A stretch of 64,000 bases of DNA from Massalongia carnosa. Lineage: Eukaryota. Each line of letters begins with the position of its first letter. Position 1 is the first letter of the stretch. The position numbers and the translations under genes were made by a program. Below the pieces are notes generated by a model. It saw only the letters and a list, made by a program, of their open reading frames with translations. It ran no database searches and was not told the origin of the DNA. Of this stretch, positions 10,134 through 23,139 are shown piece after piece. The stretch spans positions 682,001 to 746,000 of the forward strand of contig OZ287082.1 of assembly GCA_965645245.1 (NCBI GenBank), given 5' to 3'.

Positions 10134-13100
10134 TTAGGTCCGAGCTCCGCGAGGACCACCGGGCTTGGTAGGCCTCAGTCGATGAAAGTCTTCCAATAAG
10201 TTGGAGCAGTGGGTGACGTCCTTAGCTTCGGTCCAGTCGGGTGCGTCCCAACCATTCCACTTGATTAGGTACTGTAAACGTCTTCGGAAGAAACGGGAGT
10301 CCAAAATTTCCTCGACCTCCCACTCCGTTTCACCTTCAACTTCGACAGGAGGGGAAGGAGCGGGTATGTGGCCGACGTGGGGGTGTTGAGAGACAAGCTC
10401 TAGGAGGGAGACATGGAACACAGGATGAACGTTCATGGAGGCGGGAAGATCTAACTCGTATGCGTACTTGCTGACAACTTTCTTTATAGTGAACCTTCCA
10501 AGCTTTTTCCAGTCCAACTTTCGCGATGGCCGTTTGGTCTTTATATGTCGAGCGTCCAACCAGACCTCGTCACCGATCTGAAACATAGGAGCCGGGGTCC
10601 TACTTGCATTAGCAGATGCTTCGTAACGTGCTTGAGCTAGGCGCATTTCGTCGCCGAGGTGTTCACTGATACTTTGCATTTTGAAAGCAAATTCGTCAGC
10701 GCTAATTACATGTGCATTGGGGGAGTCGCGATGAACAGGTTCAAAACCAAGACGGGGGTGGAAACCATAGTTGGCAAGGAATGGGCTGACGGACGTTGTC
10801 TCGGAGTCGGAGTTATTACTAGCGAACTCAGCCATGGGTAGCCAGTCGGTCCAATCATCTTGTTGATAAGACACATAGCTTCTGAGGTATTGTTCCATGA
10901 CTGCATTATAACGTTCCGTTTGACCGTCAGTTTCCGGGTGAAACGACGTAGATAGCCGACTGATGATCCTTAGTCGTTCACATAGTGCTTTCCAAAAGTC
11001 AGCTATGAACTGGCCTCCTCGATCCGACACAATGGAGTCGGGTAGGCCATGAAGTTTCCAGACATGTTCAACGTATAGTCTAGCCAAGGCCTTAGCGTCG
11101 GTGGTTTCTCTGCAGGGAATAAAGTGCTTCATCTTGGTTAGTCGACAAACAACGCTTAGCACGGCGTTTTTATCACTACTTTCGGGTAGGCCGGTAACGA
11201 AATCCATAGATATGTCCTTCCATCGTTGTTGGGGAACGGGCAAAGGTTTTAACACTCCGTACTTGGCATGATGGGAAGCTTTACTGCGAGAGCATGTATG
11301 ACAGTGTTGAACATAGCGAGCAATGAACTGATGATATCGGGGCCAGTAGTAGTCTCGCGCCATCAGACTAAATGTTTTAGATCTGCCTGGATGGCCGGCG
11401 ACTGGGCTGTCGTGATATTCCTTGCATAGTCTCATTTTTAGTTCATGCCAATCAGGGACATAAAACCTTTCCTTGTAGTATAGTCTTCCATTCCTGTCTT
11501 CGCATTCGGCTAGGGTGATGTCCTTGCTGTGTCGAGCACCGTTTCGGAGAAGGGTCAGGATTTTGTTAGGCGTGGGGTCATGTTCATATCCTAGATCCAT
11601 GAGTTCGTCTATAGATTTGTCTTCCGAGTCGAGGGCAGGGGCGAGATTCGATGGTTCAATGGCGATGTCAGGTGCGATGTCAGGTGCGATGTCAGGTGCG
11701 ATGTCAGGTGCGATGTCAGGTTCAGAGTCAGACACGTCAGTCACACGAGGCACGTTGTTAGCATGAAGTTCAAAATTATGCGGTTTTAATACCACCTGAT
11801 TCTGATGTTCTAGTCTCACGTCCCCTTCTTTAGGAAGATCTCCTGATCTTCTAGTCAAAGCGTCAGGTTTTCCGCCTAATTTGCCGGGTCGATACGTGAT
11901 TTTGAAGTCGAAACGTGAGAGATATTCTGCCCAGCGGGCCTGTCGCCTGCTTAGCTGCTTGGTGATGGTGAAATACTCCAGGTTTTTATGATCAGTGATT
12001 ACCTTGACCGGGTAGGCGGCTCCCTGAAGTTCTGGTCTCCATTCCTCGAAGGCACGTATTATGGCTAATAGTTCTTTATCATAAATCTCGTAATTGCACT
12101 CCGCCGGTGACAAACGTCGCGAGAAAAAGGCTACGGGGCGAAGGACTCCATCGTCATCATACTGTGAGAGGACTCCGGCATTGACATAATCGGAAGAGTC
12201 AGTTTCAACCACGCTTTCCTTATCGGGGTCAAAATGCAGTAGAACAAGGTCACTAGTGAACATAGCCTTCAGATCTTCGAAGGCCTTGGCGCAGTCATCG
12301 GTCCATACGAATAGTATCTTCTTTTTTGACATAGCAGTCAATGGTCCGGCTATACGAGAGAAACCCTTGACAAATCGACGATAGAAATTCGCGAATCCTA
12401 TGAAGGCCTGCACGTCCTTGAGGTTCTCGGGGGTGTTCCAATTCTGAATAGTTTCAATTTTCTTAGGGTCCATTCTTATACCATCTTTGGATATTATTAA
12501 CCCTAAGTAAATGGTCTCCGTGACATGGAATTCACACTTTGAGATGTCGAGTTGTAATCCGGCCTTTTGTAAGGCCATCAGCACTTTTCTCACATGATCC
12601 TTGTGTTCTTTCAGGGAATTGCTGTAAATCAATATGTCATCGATGTACGCGGTGCAGAAGATGTCTAGATATTCACGAAGCACATCATTAATGTACTCCT
12701 GAAACGAAGATGGGGCTCCACAGAGTCCAAACGGCATGACGAGATATTCATATAATCCATAGCGTGTTCGAAAGGCAGTCTTCCATTCCTCTCCATGAGC
12801 TACACGGAGACGTTGAAGGCCGCGACAATATCCAACTTAGTAAAGATAACTGCTTTACTCAAGCGGTCCAAGGTTTCTCTGATCAAAGGTAGGGGGTATC
12901 TGTTCTTGATCGTTATCGCATTTAATGCTCTGTAATCAACACAAAAACGCAGGCCTCCGCCTGGTTTCCTAACGAACAACACCGGGGACGCAGCAGGGGA
13001 AGAACTGGACCGAATAAAACCCTTCTTCAGGTTTTCCGTCAGATACTTCTGTAGAACTAACAGTTCATCTCGACTCATGCCATATAACGGGCCATACGTG

Positions 13101-14146
13101 GGTTGCTTTCCATTCATCAACGGAATTTTATGATCATGGCTACGTCGCCCCGGAAGTTTATCAGCTTCTTTCTTGGAAAATACATCAAGAAATTCATGAT
13201 ATTCCGATGGCAACACTGTAGCGGGATCAACTTCCGGCTTAGGGTTCAAGGAATGTTCAATGTCTCTCACGTTCACGGTAAAGAGTTCACACTCCTTCTT
13301 CTTCGCTAGACGGGTAAAGGGGGCTGCCCCTATCATACATATGCTCAATGGTGGATTCTTATGGGTCGGCGGCGGAACGAGCAGGGACGGGACGGGTGAA
13401 GTCCAAGGCAAGATAGGCGAAACGGGCAAGCTCGGAGGCAAGATGGGCGAGGCGGCGATCGCGATCGATTTTGAATTAACGCGCCGATTTAACCGGCCGG
13501 GCCTGTTAAATCTAACCGCTTCGGGACTAGGGTCTTCGGTGATTGCAGCAGTCAAGTCGGTACTAGCGCTGCTTTCAACTACGAGGGGTTTTTCAGCGCG
13601 GAGTTCTGGAACGTTGGTTATGCCGATGACCGTGTTTGACTCGGAGTTGTCAAGACAGTGCTGACGGCAGTAAGGTGAGTTGAAAGTGAGAGAGTTCATG
13701 GCCCATCGTATGCTGACGTCGTGAATTTGCAGCCATTTAATGCCGAGAACGATGGGATAGTGACCGAGGCTGGTGACGAGAAGGTTAGCGGGTTCGGAAT
13801 GCGAGGCGATGTCAAGGTTCAGACGGGCGAGGTGAGTAAGCTTTCCAGACGACACGGGACGGCCGTCTGCGAGTTCAAGAATACGAGGGTTCTTCATGAG
13901 GGCGAGGGGTATGCGATGATGGTGCGCGAACGAGGAATCAACAAAGGCAAATCCAGATGCTCCACAATCAATCAATGCATAAGTCTTGATTCTGATTGTT
14001 CCTATGGAAACAACAAGAGACACAACCAAATGCCTTCCATCCAAATCTTCTTCGGATAGAGGTTCTTTGGACAAGGAAAATGCCGAAATCGAAATAGTTT
14101 CTTTTTGTCTTCGGCCGCGACTTAGGCCGAAGACTGAACTTTTCCC
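10134..14146 (-). pseudogene. Gypsy-1 pol (PR, RT, RNase H, integrase, chromodomain) with a single 1-bp frameshift near 12812
   Basis: ALIDCGAS, YIDD, ETDSSD, HDSPVAGH..CHTC, ISMDFV, IVSDRG, WEVEEILDSR..YLIKWNGW; ORFs 12800-14074 and 10134-12737 join as AFN-RLRVAHGEEWKTAF if one base is restored. Confidence 0.95.
11662..11721. repeat. 12-bp in-frame tandem repeat x5 encoding (PDIA)5 in the RNase H-integrase linker
   Basis: GCGATGTCAGGT x5. Confidence 0.95.
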
Positions 14147-15276
14147 TCCTCTTCCGAAGTCACCGTGCTCAGTTCATATGTCCTCACTCTAGGTTTTGCC
14201 TTGGAGGCTGGGCAGGAATTGGCGAAATGTCCTGATCCTCCACAGTACATGCATAGTCCTTCGTTCATGCGGCGTGATCTTTCCGCCGGGGTGATGGGAC
14301 CGCGACGCCTGGAGGTCGACAGGTCCATGGCGTCCGTGTTTGCGGATGGGGTGATTGCGGGCCTAGGAGCGGGAGTGCTGAAGGTGGAGGTGGAAGAGGT
14401 CTTGGTAGTCGGGGTGGACGGGGAGGAGGAAGAGCGAGATGAACCATATGAAAATGGTTTGCGGATTGAGGCCTGGACGGAACGGAATCGATTATCAATT
14501 TTCTGGAGAACTTGTATGGTGTCGTCCAACGACGGGGGTAGGTCAACCGTGATGAGAGCAGATTTCAACTCATCACTGAGACCATCTAGGAGAATGGATC
14601 GCTTGGCTTCATCATCGAAGCCTGTGTCTGGAACGAGACGTTGATAATCTGATAGGTATAGATAGAACTCTTTATTCTTTTGTCGAAGCTGTCGCAGTTC
14701 CCTTTGTGCATTCGCTTTTCTATCGGGGTCACCGAAGGCCAATTGCAATTTTGTATAAAACGCTTCCATATCGACAAGAGCGATATTTCCATCTTTTTCC
14801 AGGTACGGCTGCAGTTGTTCCAATGCTCTCTCCTTCAAGCGGCTTAGTGCATAAGCGAGCTTGCTTTGCTCGGTGGGATAGTGGTCCTTGTTGATGTTCA
14901 GCTTTATTCGGAGTTGCGTCATCCATCCCCGAAGTTCTGCCTTATCGCCACCAAAGGAAGATGGGTCCGGATGTTTGGTAGAACGATGTGACTTAGACTG
15001 CGAGGCATCGGTCAGATTGGTGCGAAGTTCGTCTATAACAGCTTGTCCAGCGGCCATGGTAATTGCATTCTCGGACAGAGTGATGTTAACCTGCTCAAGG
15101 GAAGATAGTGCAGTTGCTTTGTCGGTCTCTAAAGTGGTAATAAGTTCCTGAGCATTGGCCGAGAAGTTGGTGACGCGAAGAAGGAACTCGAGCCATGCCT
15201 GTGGCTGTTGCTGCACGGCAGTTCTCAGTTCGTCGGCGTTGGAAACGGAGGTAGGGGGGTCGAGGTTGATGGACAT
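14122..15276 (-). CDS. Gypsy-1 Gag
   Basis: First ATG inside the element at 15276 (MSINL); PDPSSFGGD capsid motif; CMYCGGSGHFANSC knuckle. Confidence 0.93.
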   Translation of the reverse strand: MSINLDPPTSVSNADELRTAVQQQPQAWLEFLLRVTNFSANAQELITTLETDKATALSSLEQVNITLSENAITMAAGQAVIDELRTNLTDASQSKSHRSTKHPDPSSFGGDKAELRGWMTQLRIKLNINKDHYPTEQSKLAYALSRLKERALEQLQPYLEKDGNIALVDMEAFYTKLQLAFGDPDRKANAQRELRQLRQKNKEFYLYLSDYQRLVPDTGFDDEAKRSILLDGLSDELKSALITVDLPPSLDDTIQVLQKIDNRFRSVQASIRKPFSYGSSRSSSSPSTPTTKTSSTSTFSTPAPRPAITPSANTDAMDLSTSRRRGPITPAERSRRMNEGLCMYCGGSGHFANSCPASKAKPRVRTYELSTVTSEEEGKVQSSA

Positions 15277-15315
15277 GTTGGTGATGCACCAGGTGAATAG
15301 GCAGGTTGAACGTAG

Positions 15316-15669
15316 TGTCACGGTGCGAGGTTAGGTAGGAATTCAGGTGGTGCAAACGTGTTACTTGATTGTCTAGCTAGGTGGACAAGACGTTCGACAA
15401 GGAGAAAAGAAACAGAAAATCCAAAGTGGGCGAGTATAAGACTCTGGCGAACGGAACTAGTCCCAATCCAGCCGTTGATCCAATTTCCCCAAGTCCCTAG
15501 CATGAAACTATCGCCATGACACTATTGATAGTCGGAACACTTACCTTTGCCCTGACTGAACTGGATTAAGCTTAGTTCCTTTCGGATCGGCTAACCGGCT
15601 AGTGCTTCGTTCAAGCAGCTAAAGTTGATCCAATGAACTAACTGGCAGGTGCCCAGTCACTCCATGACA
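15316..15669 (-). repeat. Gypsy-1 5' LTR
   Basis: Direct repeat of 9768-10121. Confidence 0.97.
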
Positions 15670-17762
15670 CACACAAGGAAATCCAGGAGAAAATGACAAA
15701 ACAATCCAGGGCACTGACAAAAATAACCACCTCCACATAGGGCGCCACTTTCCCAAAGGCACGCCAGGTATACACCGCCGTAGTCCGACCGGCCATGACG
15801 TATGGCTCTACCATATGGCACATGCCAAAGGAAATCCAGAAGTCAAACGTCATTTCAAACAAACTTGCCGTCATACAAAACAAATGTCTCAGAATCATAG
15901 CCGGGGTATTTAAAGCAACACCTATAGCGATCTTAGAAGCAGAGACATTTATAGCCTCAATCGATATTCATCTGAATCAACTACAGGCTCAGGCCAGACA
16001 ACGCCTGTGTCGAAGTGGTCAAAAAACCTTCATCACAAATGCATGCACTAAAATAGCCGATAAACTCCGAGATAGGGCAGGACGCAAGCGAGCTCCAGTC
16101 ATCACCCCAGGAACGCTGAAACACGCCTGGTCCAAGGGAATCACACCGGGGACACACATTACCCCAATACCGACACCAAACCCACCATGGGCCGAAACCC
16201 CTCCGAGTCTCGCCCGAGACATATGGGAGGCACGCGCCGACCACAACAAAATCACCGCCCTAATAAAAAAACGACACACAGACGCATGGCAGGCCTCCTG
16301 GAGGTCATACCAGGAACGCACACCCGCCTCCTCCCCGGCCCAAGCAGGCCCACTGACTAAAAAACGCATCAAATTGCATGAAACCCTAGCCAAAGCAGAA
16401 AGCGCGCTAGCCATTTAGATACGCTCGGAAAAGATAGGCCTGGCCGCCTTCTTACATAGACACCGAGTCCCAGACGTCTCGTCCCCGAACTGTCCATGTG
16501 GATGGTACTAACAGACTGCAAAACATGTGATCATGTTCTGCAAACTCAATGACAATAGACAAATCCTGCTAAACTCGATAGGAACAAATAACTATCGGCT
16601 AATAACTGAATCATCTAGGGCGATGAAATTAGTCACGGCGTGGCTAATGAAGACCGGACTGCTGTCACATTTTTCGCTGGCAGCACAACATCTATATCAT
16701 TGACAGTAAGCACGTTTTGTTTTTTTTTTCGATATCTGTCATGGGTCAACTGTTTTCACATATAGCACTCGGTCGGGACTCGTAGGGTTCCCGACTGGAC
16801 ATAGGATTTCATGGTTTTTCTTCCTCAAAAGGTTTTCCATGTATTATACAACTAGATAGACTCGCCCGCATAGGCCGGCCTTCGGCCGGTACCACATCCG
16901 AATAAGAATCATCATCATCATCATCATCATAATAATTAAACAGATAAATATAAGAAAAAATGTATCAATTATAAAATAAAAAGTTTTTATATTTCTATTA
17001 AATAACATTTTAAATTGAATACAATAAATTTACGATTTAATTTTAACGATTATTTAATTTAAATAAAACAATATCAGAAATTAAAAATTTCGACGTGTTA
17101 AATCTTAGTTTTATATTAATTCAATTAATTCTTATTTAATTTATATCACGATCGAATTCACATTATAATACAACAATTAAATAAGTTGTAAACAATTATA
17201 ACAAAAAACTTAATCTTATTTTAATTTTAAATTAAAATTTTCATAATCAATATTTTAATTATTGTATCGTAAAAATTATTTTTTATATATTTTTTAAAAA
17301 TTTTTTCGTAAAATATCGTATTTTAAATATAATCGTTATAATTTATCTTGTTATGATGATGATGATGTATTCATACTCCGATATGACACCGGCCGTAGGC
17401 CGGCCCATGCGGGCAAAGCTATCTAAGTTATGTTACATGGAAAACCTTTCACAGGTGTAAAAACCATGTCCCTTGATACCCGTCCGATATGACTACGGGT
17501 CGACGTCGGGCGGGAGACGCAGTTCAAAAGACGTGTGGGAACTGTAATGCCTTGTAAAAAGAGAAGAAAGAAAGAAAGGTTCAACAATTGTTGATTTTAC
17601 AATAATGTTGATGCTAGTGAGAATTGATTCAATAAGCCTGTTTTCATTAGCCAAGCAGTTAGTATCTTCAGAGTTTTTGATGATTTGGTCAGCTGCTGAT
17701 AGTCGCTCGTGCCGGCGGCGCGAAACATCTGTTCTCTATTGTCAATAAGTCTGCAGAACATG

Positions 17763-17973
17763 TGTAAGAACCACTATCCAGGGAAGACGAATAGTAGTCA
17801 GCTACCTAAGAGACTAAGCATGAAGAAGAGAAATCTATCTACAAAGAAGAATGTGAAATCTATATGCCCCGTTTGCCCTTCTCGAAGTTTCCATCCGGCT
17901 CTAGAAGCTTATCTCCGAAGCTTCGATCGGAAAGAGCCGTTGGATTTAGCGCTCCCACACCCGAGTCCTGACA
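17763..17973. mobile_element. Solo LTR, 211 bp
   Basis: TGTAAG...CTGACA, TSD ACATG. Confidence 0.9.
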
Positions 17974-20900
17974 ACATGATTACATGTTCTGGAGTTTGTC
18001 TGTGCCAGCCACATGAGCAGGCCGGTGAGGTGACGGAGGGCACCCGTCGCTTGTAGAGGAAGTCAGCTAACCCGATTTTGCCAGTGCGGATTTGAGTTGT
18101 TAGAGCGCTTTCTGCCTTTTTTAGCTGCGTGTGTATTTTCAGCCGTTTTTTGCTCAGTGGGACTGATTGTGCTATGGAGGGTTCGATGACGCGATTTTGA
18201 TATGCGCACCACGAGTCGTTCTAGACCTTCATTTGTCGTGCTTTGATTGTTTGCATCTGCTTGTGTCGGGCCGTTGCCGCAACGGTAGCTTCGCGGTGCC
18301 ACGCCGGGTAGACTTCGAACCATGGTGGGTGTGCCTTTGGTGGTTGAACTATTTTTGAGTCGATCAGTAGGCTTTTGGCCCAGATGTGTTTCAGCTCTCC
18401 CGGGGTGGGCTTTTGAAGTCGTTTGCGACCTGCCTTGCCTCGAAGTTTGTCAGCTATTTTGTTGCATGCGGAGGACATGATCCTCAATTGGCCTCCGGCT
18501 CTGAGCCAGTGCCTTGCCTGTGCTTGTAGCATGTCGAGATGCGTGTTTATGGGCGCTATGAATGTCTCTGCTTCTAGTACTGAGATGGGAGTGGCTTTAA
18601 AGGCACCGGCTATGGTGCGAGGGCAATTGTTTTGCATGACGGAGAGCTTGCTCGTTGACGTTTTTGACTTTTTGACTTCTTTGGGCATGTGCCATACGGT
18701 TGACCCATATGTCATGGCCGGACGCACCACGGCACTGTAAACCTGCCTTGCCTTGGCGAAGGTGGCACCCCAGGTTGATGTGGAAATTTTTGTCAATGCC
18801 ATGGATTGTTTGACCATTTTCTCTTGCGTTTTGCGAACGTGCGGTCCCCATTTCAATTTGGTGTCGATTTGTAGGCCCAATACTCTGATGTCCGTTTTAG
18901 GTTCAATTTCGGTGCTAGCAATATTGATGGATGCAGTCATGTTGAATCTGTTGGGATTTCTGGACAAGTGTATGAGTTCGTACTTCGTCGGAGCGAATAC
19001 GGACCCGTGCCGGGAAGCCCACGTCTTACATTGTCTGTGTATTGCCTCTAGAGTTTTGCAGTTTTCCTCAGTGCTTTTTCCATATGCCAAAATGTTTGCA
19101 TCGTCTACGAATCCTATGGCACTTGTGTTTTTGCCTGGTCGATCACATATTTGCAATAGATCTGCATTGTAAAATAGGTAAAGAATGGATGACAGGGGAG
19201 AGCCCTGCGGGATACCCGTTCTTACCGCAAACCGCCCAGTGACTTTTCGATTTATTGCTAAAGTGGTGCTTCGATCGCTCAGAAAGCTGTTTAACCAGTC
19301 GGTGATCCATTTTGGAATTTTTCTTTTCCGTAGGTTGTGCGTTAGTCGTTGATGTGATACCGTATCGAACGAGCCGGCGACGTCCATGCTTAGCAGTGTG
19401 GCTACTTTGTCTTTTCCCTGTCCCCAAATCGTGTGAACCTGTTCAGTTAGCAGTTCCAGTGCTGACTCTGTGGATCTGCCCTTCCTTGCTCCCATCTGTG
19501 TATCGGGTAGGAGCCGGTGTTTTTCCGCCAGATAGGTTATTTTCGATCCAATGATGGATTCCATAACTTTACTGAGCGTGTTGAGCAGTGCAATTGGTCG
19601 GTAGGCTTTCGGCGTGGTATAGTCTCCTTTGCCTATTTTTTTCAGCGCTATTGTGTTTGCCATTTTGAAGGCCCGCGGGTGGTACGAGTGTGTGACGCAC
19701 GCCTGAAATAGAGGTGTTAGTAGTTCGACAAGTATTTCGCTGCATGCTTTGAGTATTCTGTTAGATATGCCGTCTGGGCCCGGTGCCTTATCGGACTTGA
19801 GCCGACTCAGGGCCGTCGATACTTCGGACTTGGTGATGATTATTGGGCAGTGCGGCGATGTAGGATAGAAGGATCCTTCTATGTCGCTTAGGTCGGCCAG
19901 TGGTGGTGCGGGAAAGAAGACACCTTTCAGCATTTCGGCTTTTTGGTCAAACGTGTCTGCTACTTGGTCATTGAATTTTAGCATCGGCATTTTGGATACT
20001 TCTCTAGATTGATGACTTTTGTCTTTGGCCCATTTCGCTAGCCGCCATAGTCCCTGAGGCGTTTCGGTGGCCTTATTGATTTCTTGACGAAAGTTTGTTC
20101 TCTTTGCCTTTTGAATGATTTTCTGTTTTTTATCATTGGATTTCATGTAGTTAAACCAGTCCGTTAGGTCTAACGTGCTGGACCATATGCGGCGTAGTTT
20201 CCGTGTGGCTTTGGTGGCAATGCTGCATTCTTCTGTCCAGAATGGCTTAGCATATTCGCCAGATTTTGCCCATGGAACTGCTTCGTTGATGACATTTTGA
20301 AGAAATTTTTGAATCTATTCCGTGTACGCATCAATCTCGGCAGTGGTACGGGGAGACTCCGGTATAGGGGCGAGACGTTCGGCCTCCCTTAATTTTTCCA
20401 GGTTTAGAAGTTTCCATGCTCTGCGTTTGATTTTCGGTTGCGGCTCGCTTCCGAGTAGGATGCGGGTTGATATCGGCACGTGATCGGACGATTGATTCAA
20501 TTCTGGTCTGGACATGCAGTGTTCGAGTCTTTCGACTAGGTATTCTGACATGAAAACCAAATCTATCGTGCTAGACGTGTTTCTTGCTTCCCATGTTACG
20601 GTGCCTTTCGGCAGTGTCAACGAAAGATTATGATCATCGATTATTTCTAGTAATTGATCAGCAGCAGCGTGTTGTGTGGGTCTTGAGGGACCATTCCAAA
20701 TGGGATGATGCAGGTTGAAATCTCCAAGTAGTATGTGATGCGCATCGGCGGTAAGCATGCTACGAGCCGCCGGTAAGGTCGTGGGACTGTCAGTGGATGA
20801 ATAGGAAGCGGGAGAGGGGTTATACACATTATGGACGTGAATTGTTTCCATAACGCCTTCGGTGTAGGTCTTTATTTTCAAAGTGCACATGTCGGCCGAG

Positions 20901-20982
20901 GTGAATTCCACCTCCCAGCTGTCAGTGTCTATTAGGTCGTTGACATAAAAGCACACTCTGGTGTCACCTCCTGGGCGGTATA

Positions 20983-21466
20983 TGAAACGGGAAGACCTTC
21001 TCCCAGCAGGCATTCACTACTGGAAGATGGGATCCACAGGGGCTACACAACGTGATGGTCACAATAGAGGTACAAATAGGTTGGGTCGGGTCAAAGGGTA
21101 GACTAAATGCTACCCTTTTAAAGTGCTTGATCATTGATCTATATAGGATAGGACAATCCATAACCTAAGCTCTTCTTCCATACCTTGCCCATACTACCTG
21201 GTATTTTCGGACTCCGAAATACTTCGGACACCGAAAGACACGGGTAGATAAGACTAGGCAGGTGAGCTAGGGGAGGTGAGGCGAGGCGAGGGGATACTTC
21301 GTGTACTACGAAAACACCTCCATAATAAGTTAAGTCCCCACACTATGCCTAACTGGGTTAGGCGGGACCTTATTGTCTTGGTGGTTGTTTTGGCTGTACG
21401 TATCCCACATAGCCACATAGGCCAGTCTTACGTTCAACGAACGCATACTAGGCCTACCCTATTACA
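20983..21466. mobile_element. Solo LTR, 484 bp
   Basis: TGAAAC...ATTACA, TSD GTATA; the same terminus recurs at 63973. Confidence 0.9.
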
Positions 21467-21651
21467 GTATAGGAGGTGAAAGCCGCTTTGATGAGAACTA
21501 AGCGATGTGGGGGCGGATGGATTGCGCCACGGTTCCTGTATTGCAATAATATCATAGTCCTGGGTGTTTGTGTCTGCTAAGAGGGGTATCATAGTACTCA
21601 CTCTGTTATTTCTGACATTATACTGCAATATAGAGAGGGATTTTGTGTCCC

Positions 21652-23139
21652 TCATAGGATTTCCATCGTTTCGGCCGCTGTGTTCGATGTGACCTGAGTT
21701 CCTGCCGTTAATGCTACGGAATCTGCACGAGGCCTACCCAGCACTGGTTTTGCTAAGGCCTTTACCATATTTTCAGGATTCATGATGCCTATATTAGCCC
21801 AGGTAGGTGCGTCGTCACCCCGATGAGGGCCCGGGGGTGTGCCGGATGAGGGCGTAGCGTTGTGTATTTTTCTTTTCTTGCCGTTTACTATCTTCCACGT
21901 TGACGGAATTTCGTCCGTTTGTGTGACTGTGGGTGTCGACTCTCGTTGAAGTTGAAATTGAAATGAGGGCGGCTGTGATTCGATTGCATAGAGGGGGGCG
22001 CGGTTTTGCATTGCTATTTCAGTTTTTCGCTTTTCAGCTAATCTGACTTTGCATGCTGTGGACCATGCTTCGTGTCCCTTCTCTCCGCATACGGCGCAAC
22101 GGCGGTATTGCCCCGTTGTCTCCAGATTGCATTCTTTGCTTTGATGTCCACCGGAGCAGTGACCACAGGCGGCGGGATTGCGGCATGCTCTACCGATGTG
22201 TCCGTATTTTTGGCAGTTGAAGCATTGAGTCATGGTGCAACCACGTGTGAAGCGCTCGCAGTCTATTATTTCGTAGCTTTCCATTAGCCCCTCGGTGATG
22301 AGCCGGTTAGCCATCTCGGAGGTGGCGACCTCTATATGAAGCGTCGAGTACGCTTTTTTCTCTCTGATAGCCTTGATTGACCAGGCTACTTTGACGATCT
22401 TCAGGTTAGGGTGCAGGCGTGCGTTAGCGGCCTGAAGGTAGGTGATGGCTGTTGATTGATTGGCCACTTTGATGTTTTCCACCCTGATTCCATTCGCTCT
22501 TACGGTGAAGGTGCGGGTGTGCACCGCAGCTGAGGCGGCCACCACGCGGGTCCAATCGGTCTTCTCCTGCAGGGTCTTCTTTGCTTCCAATGACTCTGCG
22601 TGAATCCTGATGTCGCCGTTTAACAAACGCGACACTCCCCTTATTCCTTCAGCTCCATTTTGTAGTGTTTCTACCAAGTCCTTGGTTGGCATTAGCTTCA
22701 TTTTTTCCTTGTCCGCATCCTCCGTGATGTGAACGGTGATTTCCCGGGCACGTCGCGCTTCTCTTGGTATGGGTGCTTTGTCTTTGCGGGCCTGTTGAGG
22801 CTTGACGTTTTGGTTCTTTGGGGGTGCAGGCTCATCTTGGCCTTGCCTTGTGGCAGCAGCGGCATAGCTGCGAGGAGTGGTCTCATTGCGCTCTATACGT
22901 GTCAATGATTGTTGGATTGCCTGTAATCTGTCACCTATATTGTTGGGAGTTTCTGCAACTTTGTCATCGACTAGATTTTGCGCTTGCAAAATTTCCGCTG
23001 AGTTTCTTAGCAACTGCAACGCCTCCGGGTCACCAACGGTGCCCACTCGATCAAGATACTTCTTAATCTTTACGTACAAACATTCCCTCCTTTCCTTGTG
23101 CGCTCTCGAGAGCGCGTTTGTTTGTTCGAGTGTAGTCAT
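21652..23139 (-). CDS. LINE-C ORF1 with three zinc knuckles
   Basis: 495 aa; CFNCQKYGHIGRAC, CGHCSGGHQSKEC, CAVCGEKGHEAWSTAC; ATGA overlap with ORF2. Confidence 0.93.
   Translation of the reverse strand: MTTLEQTNALSRAHKERRECLYVKIKKYLDRVGTVGDPEALQLLRNSAEILQAQNLVDDKVAETPNNIGDRLQAIQQSLTRIERNETTPRSYAAAATRQGQDEPAPPKNQNVKPQQARKDKAPIPREARRAREITVHITEDADKEKMKLMPTKDLVETLQNGAEGIRGVSRLLNGDIRIHAESLEAKKTLQEKTDWTRVVAASAAVHTRTFTVRANGIRVENIKVANQSTAITYLQAANARLHPNLKIVKVAWSIKAIREKKAYSTLHIEVATSEMANRLITEGLMESYEIIDCERFTRGCTMTQCFNCQKYGHIGRACRNPAACGHCSGGHQSKECNLETTGQYRRCAVCGEKGHEAWSTACKVRLAEKRKTEIAMQNRAPLYAIESQPPSFQFQLQRESTPTVTQTDEIPSTWKIVNGKKRKIHNATPSSGTPPGPHRGDDAPTWANIGIMNPENMVKALAKPVLGRPRADSVALTAGTQVTSNTAAETMEIL

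Larger units (their letters stand above)
9768..15669 (-). mobile_element. Ty3/Gypsy chromovirus (Gypsy-1), full length
   Basis: 354-bp TG...CA LTRs differing at one base, TSD CACAC, PPT AAAAGGGGAGCTGG next to the 3' LTR, gag-PR-RT-RH-IN-chromo order. Confidence 0.98.
9697..16928 (+). mobile_element. 5'-truncated Tad-like LINE (LINE-B) split by Gypsy-1
   Basis: IKPKTDIRILGLQIDSKLKLGPHT (9697-9767) continues as KEIQEKMTKQ after 15674; in-frame stops at 15738 and 16416; (ATC)n tail 16908-16930; TSD ATAATAATTAAACA at 9683-9696 and 16929-16942. Confidence 0.93.
17597..21655 (-). pseudogene. LINE-C ORF2 (APE-RT-CCHC)
   Basis: Frame is restored after removing the LTRs at 20983-21466 (GFHLLY|RPGGDTRVC) and 17763-17973 (HVIM|FCRL); in-frame TAG at 20315 and 18221. 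Confidence 0.93.
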
